The notes under the pieces were generated by a model. The model ran no database searches, had not been told where the DNA came from, and saw only the letters and a program-made list of their open reading frames with translations. Made by a program: the position numbers and the translations under genes. From a virus (taxonomy: Duplodnaviria > Caudoviricetes), in IMG/VR virus record IMGVR_UViG_3300030376_006394, positions 21,212 to 85,211 of that record: a stretch of DNA of 64,000 bases; one strand, given 5' to 3'. This document shows positions 8,585 through 17,183 of the stretch, piece after piece; position 1 is the stretch's first letter, and each line of letters starts with the position of its first letter.

Positions 8585-9258
8585 TGGCACAGTGGGCTCT
8601 TCCTCCAAATCTGCATTCTGAAATTGTTCCAGGTCCAATTTGTTTTCATAAAGATCACAGCATCGGATCACGAGATGGATTAATTCCCAGATACAAAGAC
8701 AGCCATGCCTGCGTGAAGTGCGTCAGCGCTTTAACTGAAGGTAGGCTCGCTTTAGATGTTCATAGTGTTGAAAAAATTCATAGGAGAAGATTCCTTGAGT
8801 TTTGGTCTTTCGTTGAAATTGGTGGATCAGATGACTGTTGGGCTTGGCGTGGTAAGTATCATTCCAGATGTAACTCAAGTTACTTTCCTATTCCTCGACA
8901 TTGGAATGCAGGGCGACAGTTCTCTGCACCGAGAGTTGCTTGTTGGTATACGTGGGGTGATATTGGTCGACTGCCAATGAAGATGATATGTGGAGATAAT
9001 AATTGCTGTAATCCTCTACATATGAAGATCAAAGGTGTACCTCATTTTCACCACCGCAGAACATTAGACACGATTGATATTGAATTTAGTACTCGCAAAT
9101 TAGAAGATGAGACTAAATTATTTCTTGAGACAACGGCAATTAAAGATCCTAAAACATTCGAGAGATTAGAAAAAACCAATAAGACTTGGATCGAATGGCG
9201 CTTAGGAAGTGGTGTTCCAGTTGATTCGATTATGACCCCTAAATTTATGACCGAATAG
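8584..9258 (+). CDS. HNH-fold protein with degenerate active site
   Basis: FWSFVE...DCWAWRG...APRVA...CGDNNCCNPLH; the His residues of the usual AHR and HxCDN motifs are replaced. Confidence 0.7.
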   Translation: MAQWALPPNLHSEIVPGPICFHKDHSIGSRDGLIPRYKDSHACVKCVSALTEGRLALDVHSVEKIHRRRFLEFWSFVEIGGSDDCWAWRGKYHSRCNSSYFPIPRHWNAGRQFSAPRVACWYTWGDIGRLPMKMICGDNNCCNPLHMKIKGVPHFHHRRTLDTIDIEFSTRKLEDETKLFLETTAIKDPKTFERLEKTNKTWIEWRLGSGVPVDSIMTPKFMTE

Positions 9259-9298
9259 ATTACCTAAAATAAATTAGATAGTTCTTACCTCCAGTTAG

Positions 9299-10084
9299 AT
9301 GTCGTTTAGTAGGGATAATGAGGCTTTCCTTAGATCTCAGGGATGGTCTGGTACTCGATGGGATAAGCCAAGAGATAGTAGTTTTACCGAAAAAGATCAA
9401 TTTATTTATGACTCTTTGTTGAAAGCAGCGGGGGGTGATAACCAACTATCTACAGAAGAGTATGAAACTATTTACAACAACAGAGGTCCGTGGGGAAAGT
9501 ATGCGTACAACACTGATTCTGTCGCTAAAGCACTAGCCCAACTTGGATCTCAGACGGGAATTAAGCTAGACCAAGAGACAATGGACAGGCATGATCTGAC
9601 CTACAGCGGTGACGATATTCTTCAGCGAGTTGAAGGCGGTGATCGTGGTCCTGATGCTTTCAAGAAAGATGACTTTAAAGTGAGTTGGGAAAGAGGAATT
9701 GAAGATGGCGATGACTATTCCAATGTTTTTAGATGGAGTAGTAATGTTCAAAAGAAAGAAGACGAAGACCCAGTAATACCTGACGAACCAAAGCCTGATT
9801 GTCCTGACGGTCAAGTGCGAGGTGTCTCTGGTAAATGCATTGAAGATAAAGAATACGCTGATAATCCCTGGGAAGAACCAAAGAAAATACCAAAGGGATT
9901 GAAAGATAAACGTGACGACTGGGATGCTAACTGGGATCCCACAAGATACGTCAGTGATCCAAGCGAATTAGGAAGTATTCCATACATTGCTCCTTCTCAA
10001 GCTGCATTAGATGAAGATGATTACTCATCTAAAGCAGTGGAGGCGTTGATGCGTTCCGCTGATTTTAAAGGTAGATATATCTAA
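9299..10084 (+). CDS. Hypothetical acidic protein with one Cys-pair motif
   Basis: 261-aa ORF; CPDGQVRGVSGKC resembles the Cys-pair repeats in 37614-39095. Confidence 0.75.
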   Translation: MSFSRDNEAFLRSQGWSGTRWDKPRDSSFTEKDQFIYDSLLKAAGGDNQLSTEEYETIYNNRGPWGKYAYNTDSVAKALAQLGSQTGIKLDQETMDRHDLTYSGDDILQRVEGGDRGPDAFKKDDFKVSWERGIEDGDDYSNVFRWSSNVQKKEDEDPVIPDEPKPDCPDGQVRGVSGKCIEDKEYADNPWEEPKKIPKGLKDKRDDWDANWDPTRYVSDPSELGSIPYIAPSQAALDEDDYSSKAVEALMRSADFKGRYI

Positions 10085-10123
10085 CTAACATATAAGAAAG
10101 GACAACACATTTTATTATTCATA

Positions 10124-10741
10124 ATGTCTACTGATCCGAAGGCAGAAGCAAGATCAAGAACCGAAAAGTGGCTTGAAGGAGTTTACAAAAGTGAACTTGG
10201 CAGAGATCTAGGAGATGAAGGTCGTAAATATTGGACTGACGATATCCATGACCGAGGGCAAACTCAAGAGCAAGTTATAGCGAATATTCGTCGCAGCGAT
10301 GAATACAAAGCTTATCAAAGAGGAAAAAGTACACCCCCAAAGGTCGCTCCACCAATACATGGAGATCCTGCTCCAACTAAGCCTGACCCTGATGTTGATT
10401 TTGTTCCTTGGAATAAGGATCAAAGAAAATACGCAATTGTTGATGGTGTCAGTGCCGCAGCATCCGCAGGTAATCGCATGACTGATGATTATTATCAAAG
10501 ATTTCTTCCTCAAATGAGGAAGGAGGTCATGCTTGGTATTGACGAAATAGGAGCTGCTGATAGATATCACTCTGATAGATATGAAGGCACACCACCTGAT
10601 TACGATGATCCCAAGGAACTATTTGATTATTTCCGGAATAAAGACAACGACCAATCAGATTCTTCTACCAGTGATTGGGAGAAGCGGATCAAAGCTTTAG
10701 AAGATAGGTATGGAATAAGTGATATCAAATCAACCGTATAG
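10124..10741 (+). CDS. DUF4214-like repeat protein
   Basis: WLEGVYKSELGRDLGDEGRKYW...QTQEQVIANIRRSDEY. Confidence 0.75.
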   Translation: MSTDPKAEARSRTEKWLEGVYKSELGRDLGDEGRKYWTDDIHDRGQTQEQVIANIRRSDEYKAYQRGKSTPPKVAPPIHGDPAPTKPDPDVDFVPWNKDQRKYAIVDGVSAAASAGNRMTDDYYQRFLPQMRKEVMLGIDEIGAADRYHSDRYEGTPPDYDDPKELFDYFRNKDNDQSDSSTSDWEKRIKALEDRYGISDIKSTV

Positions 10742-10794
10742 CAAGCGATCTCAATATTAGTTTGTTAAGTTGTGTATAGCATCTATCAAAGTGA

Positions 10795-10995
10795 TTGACA
10801 GAATCTAAACTATCCAACAAGGATTGGCTCGTAGAAACATACAAGAACGAACTTTCTCGTGAGCCTGATAACGAAGGAATGGCTTATTGGATTGCCGACA
10901 TGGAAGAAAGAGGCCAGTCAAGAGAACAGGTCTTAAGCAATATCAGACTCTCTGAAGAGTATCTATGGCTTCAAAAACAGAAAAGTTCTGATTAG
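10795..10995 (+). CDS. Stand-alone single DUF4214-like domain
   Basis: WLVETYKNELSREPDNEGMAYW...QSREQVLSNIRLSEEY. Confidence 0.75.
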   Translation: MTESKLSNKDWLVETYKNELSREPDNEGMAYWIADMEERGQSREQVLSNIRLSEEYLWLQKQKSSD

Positions 10996-11065
10996 ATAAC
11001 ATTGACCGACAGGGCTTGCACTTTCTGGTTAGCTTGAGTAGCTTTTGCCAAGTAAGAGTTTGGCA

Positions 11066-11824
11066 ATGAGTGACTTCGATCATTTCCGCGTTGAAAGAAT
11101 TGCTGCAACTGAGCAGCCACAGAAACTTATATATACTGCTTTTCATACTCTTACAACTGATAGTTTTCTTCCTGAGCACAAGCAGGAAGACGAGTATGGA
11201 AGATTATTTATTAATCACTGGAAAGAATCTAAGAAGCAAAGAAAGCAAATAACGATGGAGGCTTATGCTCCATTAAATCATCCATCTCTAACCCTACAGA
11301 TCAGAGCTAATCGTTCGACTATCGAATCTTTAGATCAGATAATGTCTAGTACGATTGCTTTTGACTCCCAGTCATTACAAGAAACTGCTGACTCTTATAG
11401 AAAAGTTGTTAGTGATAAGAAGCATCCAGTTGATGACTGTTTCTACTCTCGAAATGCTGGACTCTATTCAATAAAAGGTGAGGTGTTTGAATGGACTGAA
11501 GAAGATAAGAACATGCAATTAGCTGCTGCTTTTTCTTCTATGATTGACTATGACAACAACCGAAACAAGGGTATACCAGTTGAAGTTGCTAAGGAGTCAA
11601 TATCACAAAATTTGCTAATAAACGCTACAGTAACTGCAAGTCTTAGGGATTGGCTACTTCTTTTAGAACGTGCATTAAGACTTCATCGAACTTATGAAGA
11701 CAAGGCTCTTATTGATTTAATTGCAGAACAAGTTCGGAAGTTTGCTCCTGAGATTTTTGCGTGGTGGTATGCAGGTTTTGATTCAATACGAGCAAGAAAA
11801 AAAGAAGAAGCCTTGGCCTCATAG
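11066..11824 (+). CDS. thyX: ThyX-like protein lacking catalytic motifs
   Basis: Colinear by eye with cyanobacterial ThyX (FRVERIAAT..PQ, PLNH, FDSQS, SLRDWL, APEIFAWW), but the RxHR, SMRY and AQxEIR motifs are absent. Confidence 0.75.
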   Translation: MSDFDHFRVERIAATEQPQKLIYTAFHTLTTDSFLPEHKQEDEYGRLFINHWKESKKQRKQITMEAYAPLNHPSLTLQIRANRSTIESLDQIMSSTIAFDSQSLQETADSYRKVVSDKKHPVDDCFYSRNAGLYSIKGEVFEWTEEDKNMQLAAAFSSMIDYDNNRNKGIPVEVAKESISQNLLINATVTASLRDWLLLLERALRLHRTYEDKALIDLIAEQVRKFAPEIFAWWYAGFDSIRARKKEEALAS

Positions 11825-11837
11825 AGAGGGCAGCGCG

Positions 11838-12044
11838 ATGAATATCTTAAATAATCTACTTTCAATCCATCAAAACACTACTGTTTTAATCGATCAACTA
11901 CTAAACGAACCACAACTTAGAAAACATGTTCCAAGACTAAGTCAGGCTGAACACATTGCAGACACCATGTTAGTTCGCTTTTATAGAAAAGATTTACATG
12001 GCAAGACCCAAGCCAACGGAACTACTTGTAAAGTTCTTCCCTGA
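11838..12044 (+). CDS. Hypothetical protein
   Basis: ATG at 11838 after GAGGG; 68 aa. Confidence 0.55.
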   Translation: MNILNNLLSIHQNTTVLIDQLLNEPQLRKHVPRLSQAEHIADTMLVRFYRKDLHGKTQANGTTCKVLP

Positions 12045-12453
12045 ACTCATTGATAAGACAGTTCCGTCAGCGAATAAAGAAGCTTCGAAAGAATTAAATG
12101 TAAGAGTCTGCGAAGCAATTATTGCTGATCTGATTCGTCAATTCGATACCTTATTTAGCTACCTAGGTGAGGGTGCTTTAATCGTTAAGCTCGCGACTCG
12201 GCACAACAAAGAGATTATCCAAAAAGAAAACTTCATCAATAAGTTCAGTCTTGAGAGAGATCTGCGAGAAGCTCAAAAGAATAATGACGAGCCAGTTATC
12301 ACTTTCCTGAAAGACTGTCTAAACAAGGTAGATAATGCTGATTTTGCAGAGGAGATATGTATTATCTTTATCGATAACACAGGCGGTTCCGTCGCTGTAT
12401 TGCCAAGAGATAATCCAGCAAGGCGCATCCAGGAAATGATGGATGAGCTGTAA
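11998..12453 (+). CDS. Hypothetical protein
   Basis: 151-aa ORF in the operon. Confidence 0.7.
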   Translation: MARPKPTELLVKFFPELIDKTVPSANKEASKELNVRVCEAIIADLIRQFDTLFSYLGEGALIVKLATRHNKEIIQKENFINKFSLERDLREAQKNNDEPVITFLKDCLNKVDNADFAEEICIIFIDNTGGSVAVLPRDNPARRIQEMMDEL

Positions 12454-12455
12454 AA

Positions 12456-13085
12456 ATGCCCGAACCAAGAAGAGTTAATAAGTGTGACTTAGCACCACCA
12501 GCCGAAGTCATACAAGGAGCCCGTTCTGTCTTAGGAACGATTGATTTAGATCCTTATTCCACTCCTGAAATTAATCGAGCTGTTATTGCTTCACGTTTTT
12601 ATGATCGTGATCTTGAGACCTTAGACAGCATTATTCGTAAAGATTGGGAATGTTCTGGAGAAGGTCGAGTCTTTGTTGGAGCCCCAACAGGAGCAGCACT
12701 AACAAGACGTTTAGTTAACAAGACTCTTACCGAATACAGAGCTGGACGGATTGACCAGGCTGTTTTGTGGCTTGCTCATAACGAGGCGATTATTCGTCTT
12801 CCCTGGCTATGGGACTTCCCCATGTGTATTCCATTTAGACGGCTTCGTCCTCAATGGTGGGATGACGAACTTGAAACATTCAGAGGAGTTTCCCCTTCGG
12901 ATTGGTCGGCAATTGTTTATTTGCCACCTCCAGCCAATCCTTCCATGTTCCAGTCAATGCTTTCAAGATTTCACAACGTCTTTGGATCTATGGGACGTGT
13001 TGTCTTCGACGAATACAGCGGACGATCCGATTGGGATGAAGCCTACAAAGCTTTATACAAAAAACCCTACGACTATAGGAGTTGA
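12456..13085 (+). CDS. Phage N6-adenine DNA methyltransferase-like protein, degenerate motif IV
   Basis: PPAEVIQGARSVLGTIDLDPYS and GRVF are retained, but GAPT stands where NPPY is expected. Confidence 0.7.
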   Translation: MPEPRRVNKCDLAPPAEVIQGARSVLGTIDLDPYSTPEINRAVIASRFYDRDLETLDSIIRKDWECSGEGRVFVGAPTGAALTRRLVNKTLTEYRAGRIDQAVLWLAHNEAIIRLPWLWDFPMCIPFRRLRPQWWDDELETFRGVSPSDWSAIVYLPPPANPSMFQSMLSRFHNVFGSMGRVVFDEYSGRSDWDEAYKALYKKPYDYRS

Positions 13086-13086
13086 T

Positions 13087-13491
13087 ATGGAATATTTCAC
13101 AGCCCCAGACAAGACTAGGTATCTAACCATTAGGTCTGTTGTATACGACTCGTGGATTATCTGGCAAGATGCTTTACCCTTTGACCCGCAACTTAGATCG
13201 CTTCTAACTCAAGACATCTATAACAATATTGTTGAACTTGGAACCAGAGTTCATAAGCTTCATCAATCATTTCCTGGATATAAAGCTTTAAGTGAATCTC
13301 CTTTTGAATTTATTCTTTGGTGGGATCCGCAAGACGAGGATGAGGATTGGAACCAAGGTAAGCGTTGTCGTTTTATGGTCAACGATTTCACTTCTGAAGA
13401 AATCACCTATTACAACACTTTGAAAAAAGGAAATAAATTAACCGTTACGCCCAAAACAACTCGCATGGTGGAGGCGAAAATTCCATTATGA
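13087..13491 (+). CDS. Hypothetical protein
   Basis: Likely start MEYFTAP at 13087, just after the MTase-like stop. Confidence 0.7.
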   Translation: MEYFTAPDKTRYLTIRSVVYDSWIIWQDALPFDPQLRSLLTQDIYNNIVELGTRVHKLHQSFPGYKALSESPFEFILWWDPQDEDEDWNQGKRCRFMVNDFTSEEITYYNTLKKGNKLTVTPKTTRMVEAKIPL

Positions 13492-13670
13492 ATTGTTGGC
13501 ACTGTAAAGACGAACTGATCTGGGGTAGCGATTCAAACGTGCCAGAGCATTTAGAAGATGGGGACTTTGATTTTATAACCTTTTTGTCATGTCCCACCTG
13601 CCAATCAGAGGTTGAGATATGGCATAAAAAATTAAGTGAATCTGTTCCTCACGTACCTAAAGAAGGATAG
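13488..13670 (+). CDS. Small Zn-ribbon protein
   Basis: CWHC...LIWG...LSCPTC; ATGA coupling. Confidence 0.8.
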   Translation: MNCWHCKDELIWGSDSNVPEHLEDGDFDFITFLSCPTCQSEVEIWHKKLSESVPHVPKEG

Positions 13671-13912
13671 ATATCTTTCTTTGCTTCCCATGCTTCACGC
13701 CTTGCACCGTATTGATCCAAGTCCTCTTTAAATACTTGGTTGTCAGCGGCTTGCTCAGCAGATCTTCTATTTAGAACACTTAGACCACTACCTCTATCAA
13801 TTGACTTCCTTCCTCCAGTACTACCTCCATAGTTCTGTGCGTGATGGTTGATCGTTCTAGCTCGTGCTAAATGCCTTTTAACTAAAGCATTCTTCTTATT
13901 AGTAAGTCCCAT
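13649..13912 (-). CDS. Hypothetical basic protein
   Basis: 87-aa ORF. Confidence 0.6.
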   Translation of the reverse strand: MGLTNKKNALVKRHLARARTINHHAQNYGGSTGGRKSIDRGSGLSVLNRRSAEQAADNQVFKEDLDQYGARREAWEAKKDIYPSLGT

Positions 13913-14144
13913 GATTCACATCAATAAGCAATAGTTTCTTAGGCCAATCTTTTTTCGGGATGTACTTGATCATCAGATAAAAATGCAAGTTATGGATCAA
14001 GGTGTACATATAGATGACTGTTTCCATAGACAGTCCTTTAACCTCAAGTAAAGCCCCGCAGAATGCGTAGCCCTCCAGCAATTGACGCTCCATGACAGCA
14101 CAAGTAAGAAGCTTAGCTTTCTTGTCGTGCTCTTGGTCGTTCAA
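13899..14144 (-). CDS. Hypothetical protein
   Basis: 81-aa ORF filling the gap. Confidence 0.45.
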   Translation of the reverse strand: MNDQEHDKKAKLLTCAVMERQLLEGYAFCGALLEVKGLSMETVIYMYTLIHNLHFYLMIKYIPKKDWPKKLLLIDVNHGTY

Positions 14145-14203
14145 TATGCTTGCTATATCTGTATCTACTTATTATCCTAGAGCAAATCACCATAAAAAAT
14201 ATA

Positions 14204-14593
14204 GTGAAAACACGCTTTGATCTTATGCCCTGGAAAGCTGTTGCAGAGATTACAGATGTTCTTTCACTAGGTGCGGAGAAATATTCAGCAAACAATTGGT
14301 GTCGAGGTACTGAATGGGGGAGATATTTTGCAGCTTTATGTAGGCATATTTTTGCTTGGTGGCAAGGCGAAGACCTCGATCCTGAGACTGGAAAATCTCA
14401 CTTAGCCCATGCTGGCTGTTGCTTGATTTTCTTAATGGAATACCAAAGAAATAACTGGGGAACCGATGACCGTTTTACAGGACCAGACGGTCAGCAATTT
14501 ACGAAAGATGATGGGCTAGTTTCCAATACTTTTAACATAGATCTATACGACCAAATTAAAAAAGCTGATCCAATTGATTTGGGCTTAGATTGA
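14204..14593 (+). CDS. dATP/dGTP diphosphohydrolase domain protein (DUF5664 family)
   Basis: RFDLMP...VLSLGAEKY..NNW...ALCRH..AWWQGEDLDPETGKSHLAHA; likely GTG start at 14204. Confidence 0.88.
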   Translation: MKTRFDLMPWKAVAEITDVLSLGAEKYSANNWCRGTEWGRYFAALCRHIFAWWQGEDLDPETGKSHLAHAGCCLIFLMEYQRNNWGTDDRFTGPDGQQFTKDDGLVSNTFNIDLYDQIKKADPIDLGLD

Positions 14594-14748
14594 TGCACCA
14601 AGACCTTGCTTGTGAATGTCACTGTGATCACTGTAAAGAAATCGAAAGACAAAAAGATCGCATGGAATCTTGGCAAACTAGACGTATAAAATTTAATCGT
14701 TTTATTGAAGATAAAGCCGTAGAAGTTAAGCCTGAACTAGGACTCTGA
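14593..14748 (+). CDS. Small Cys/His protein, 51 aa (not in ORF track)
   Basis: MHQDLACECHCDHCKEIERQ...; TGATG coupling. Confidence 0.6.
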   Translation: MHQDLACECHCDHCKEIERQKDRMESWQTRRIKFNRFIEDKAVEVKPELGL

Positions 14749-14881
14749 AGCTCTTTTCCTGTTAAGAGTTTTAATTTTATTCCACCAATATTCTTTCTTG
14801 GAATCTTCTACCCAAGGTGAATGATAGTTCACATAAGCTTCTGTTATTTGATCCTCTAAACTAACTTCTTTTTTCAAGTTT

Positions 14882-15301
14882 TTATTGACGAGGTTTTCTG
14901 CTTCTCTTTGGCATTTGCTTCGATAAAGTTTCTATTCCTTCAAGACCTAACTGACTAATACGTTGCTCTAATTCTTTTGCTTTCGCATTGTTAGCCATGT
15001 TCATTTGTCCGATCACAGGATTCATCGCTGGCACCTCTGGAGGAGCCATCATTGGTGACTGCATCTGCACTGAAGGTAACGGAGCATTTTGAACCATCTG
15101 TGCTACTAAAGGCGGCACTTTACTGATGGCATCTTGTACCTCCGCTCTCGGAATCAAGTCGGGTATTACAGTTTCAATAGCTTCAATCCTTCTCCTGATC
15201 TCAGTTGGGTCGCTCTTATTATTTTTAAAACTGATAGACACAAACTGCCCAGTAGCAAGTCCGACCACTACACAAGCAGCGCTAGTGATAAAGAGTTCCA
15301 T
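14882..15301 (-). CDS. Hypothetical membrane-anchored protein
   Basis: N-terminal hydrophobic helix, Pro/Met-rich middle. Confidence 0.7.
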   Translation of the reverse strand: MELFITSAACVVVGLATGQFVSISFKNNKSDPTEIRRRIEAIETVIPDLIPRAEVQDAISKVPPLVAQMVQNAPLPSVQMQSPMMAPPEVPAMNPVIGQMNMANNAKAKELEQRISQLGLEGIETLSKQMPKRSRKPRQ

Positions 15302-15355
15302 AAACTATGTCGTTCGCTTTGTAATCTAGTGTATATAAATTTGAAATGCTTCGAT

Positions 15356-15679
15356 CTAATCTTCTTTATCTAAGACGATTGACTCCATGTCTAACTCTTC
15401 GAAGCTGTTCGCCTCGAAAATATCTTGTATCTGCTCATCCTCTTCGTCTAAGACATAAGAATCTGAGTCGTCTTCATGGGGAATAAAAGCTCCACCTTCG
15501 TTGAATTTAAAGACAAATCCAGCCGCTTTGCTAGATGCAAGAAAGATTTGCTTCTGCCTGAACTTGTCCTCCCAGCACCCTAACAATTCTTCGATAAGCT
15601 GATCCCTCGACATGTCCCTGCTCTCTATCGCAATCCTGTGAAGCATGAACTTCTGTTCTTGAGTTAGATCTGGAATCAT
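15356..15679 (-). CDS. nblA: NblA-like phycobiliprotein degradation adaptor with acidic tail
   Basis: LTQEQKFMLHRIAIESRDMSRDQLIEELL fits the NblA pattern LSLEQQF...MSREQ; GGAG lies 9 nt before the ATG at 15679. Confidence 0.65.
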   Translation of the reverse strand: MIPDLTQEQKFMLHRIAIESRDMSRDQLIEELLGCWEDKFRQKQIFLASSKAAGFVFKFNEGGAFIPHEDDSDSYVLDEEDEQIQDIFEANSFEELDMESIVLDKED

Positions 15680-16061
15680 TGGCTTTAGCTCCTGATAAAC
15701 ACCATAGATCAAATAGATCTTGATTTGCAGGTGTAATCCATGTTTTTATTCTGGCGGCTCTCTCAGGCGTAAAGAACGATTGTTCTTCATACCAAGCCAA
15801 CCAATCACGAGACGATCCTTTCGCCTGATTACAGGGGTGACAAGCTGGTACAAGGTTCGTACGAAAGCTATCTCCCCCAAATGCTTTTGGTTTTACATGA
15901 TCAATAGTTAAGTGAATCTTAACGCCTTCTTTGTGTGTAGTGCCGCAGTATGCACAACAACCCCATTCGTCTTTAATTGATTGTCTGAATCTCCGCAAAG
16001 CATTGCCTTTTGAGATTTCAACTAAACCGAATCGGTAGTTTTCCCAGTGTTCTGGTATCAA
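15531..16061 (-). CDS. HNH endonuclease
   Basis: CAYCG...TIDHVKP..GG...NLVPACHPCNQAKG intact. Confidence 0.9.
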   Translation of the reverse strand: MIPEHWENYRFGLVEISKGNALRRFRQSIKDEWGCCAYCGTTHKEGVKIHLTIDHVKPKAFGGDSFRTNLVPACHPCNQAKGSSRDWLAWYEEQSFFTPERAARIKTWITPANQDLFDLWCLSGAKANDSRSNSRTEVHASQDCDREQGHVEGSAYRRIVRVLGGQVQAEANLSCI

Positions 16062-16122
16062 AAACCATATTCAAGTATTCCAACACTAAACAGAATTGGT
16101 CGTCTACTAAAAATATTCCATT

Positions 16123-16392
16123 TTGAAAATGTCTACAATTAAGAGTATCCCCTATAAACTTATGAAGGCCATAAAAATCATTGCTATCACTAGCATTGCG
16201 ATCAATATATCAATTATTGCTGGAACTGTAGGAGCTTACTTATACGTCAGAACACCTGCTGCTCAAGAAAAAATTAAGAAGGCATTAATTAAAAATTTAA
16301 CACCAAATATTGAAAGCCAAATCGGCAAGTCAATGCCACAAATTCCTGAGATACCTGAATTCACTGGAGGAGCAGTTCCACTTAAGCTTTAG
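16123..16392 (+). CDS. Hypothetical membrane protein
   Basis: TM helix IIAITSIAINISIIAGTVGAYLYV; start may be ATG 16162. Confidence 0.7.
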   Translation: MKMSTIKSIPYKLMKAIKIIAITSIAINISIIAGTVGAYLYVRTPAAQEKIKKALIKNLTPNIESQIGKSMPQIPEIPEFTGGAVPLKL

Positions 16393-16394
16393 TC

Positions 16395-17183
16395 GTGTCA
16401 GAGATACGAGAGATCAAGATAAGAAATATCGATGTTCCTGAAATACCGAACTGGGCAATATCAATACCAGAGAGCCTCCCAACCCTCTCACCCGTCACTC
16501 AACAGCAAATCGCAAATCAGATAGGTTTTCCTGTTATGGACGTTCCAGGCTGCGTAGAGGCCAGGGAGACGGCTAATAACGACAACCTGATTATCGATGC
16601 AGAGAATACTAATTTATTGCTCTGTGATCCAGGTCAGCAACCTTCCTTTACTCCGATGGATTACAGCCCCGACAGTACTCCACCTGTAGCGAAGAATGTG
16701 ATGCTGCCACCTCCTTTAGACCAACCAAAGACTGAGAGCAAAACATCAACGAATAGCAACGTAACGGATGGTACTGTCGATACTTCATTAGGACCACAAT
16801 TACCTTCACCTAGAACACCTGATCCATGTCCTAGACCAGATGATCCCCCTATAGGAAGTAAGGGGAAATTTGGTACGGCTCGTGTTGAATCCTACTTCCG
16901 AGATGCATCGGGTGAGTGCAAAATAAACTGGACAGCAGAGAAGCCGCAGGACGTTGCTTTTACATATTTACCCCCACCGCCCGTTGCTTTAACGACAGCG
17001 GCTATAGCGGCTACAGCAGTAACCAGTTCTGTTCTGATTAAGCCCCTATCGGATGCTCTGCTTAAAATTGTCAAACCCCTTACGAAAAAAGTAGTTAAAA
17101 AAGTACTTAGTCGTCTAGGGAAGAAGACCAAGGTGCTCTCCGTTCGTGAACGCCAAGTAGAGCAGAGGGCTCTGAAGAAGTAG
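16395..17183 (+). CDS. Pro-rich cyanophage membrane protein
   Basis: Cys pairs, Pro-rich linker, C-terminal TM segment then basic tail. Confidence 0.75.
   Translation: MSEIREIKIRNIDVPEIPNWAISIPESLPTLSPVTQQQIANQIGFPVMDVPGCVEARETANNDNLIIDAENTNLLLCDPGQQPSFTPMDYSPDSTPPVAKNVMLPPPLDQPKTESKTSTNSNVTDGTVDTSLGPQLPSPRTPDPCPRPDDPPIGSKGKFGTARVESYFRDASGECKINWTAEKPQDVAFTYLPPPPVALTTAAIAATAVTSSVLIKPLSDALLKIVKPLTKKVVKKVLSRLGKKTKVLSVRERQVEQRALKK

Noticed and set aside
12751-13086. Long N-terminal extension of ORF 12751-13491
   Set aside because: It overlaps the MTase-like gene; an ATG at 13087 directly after that stop gives a more natural start
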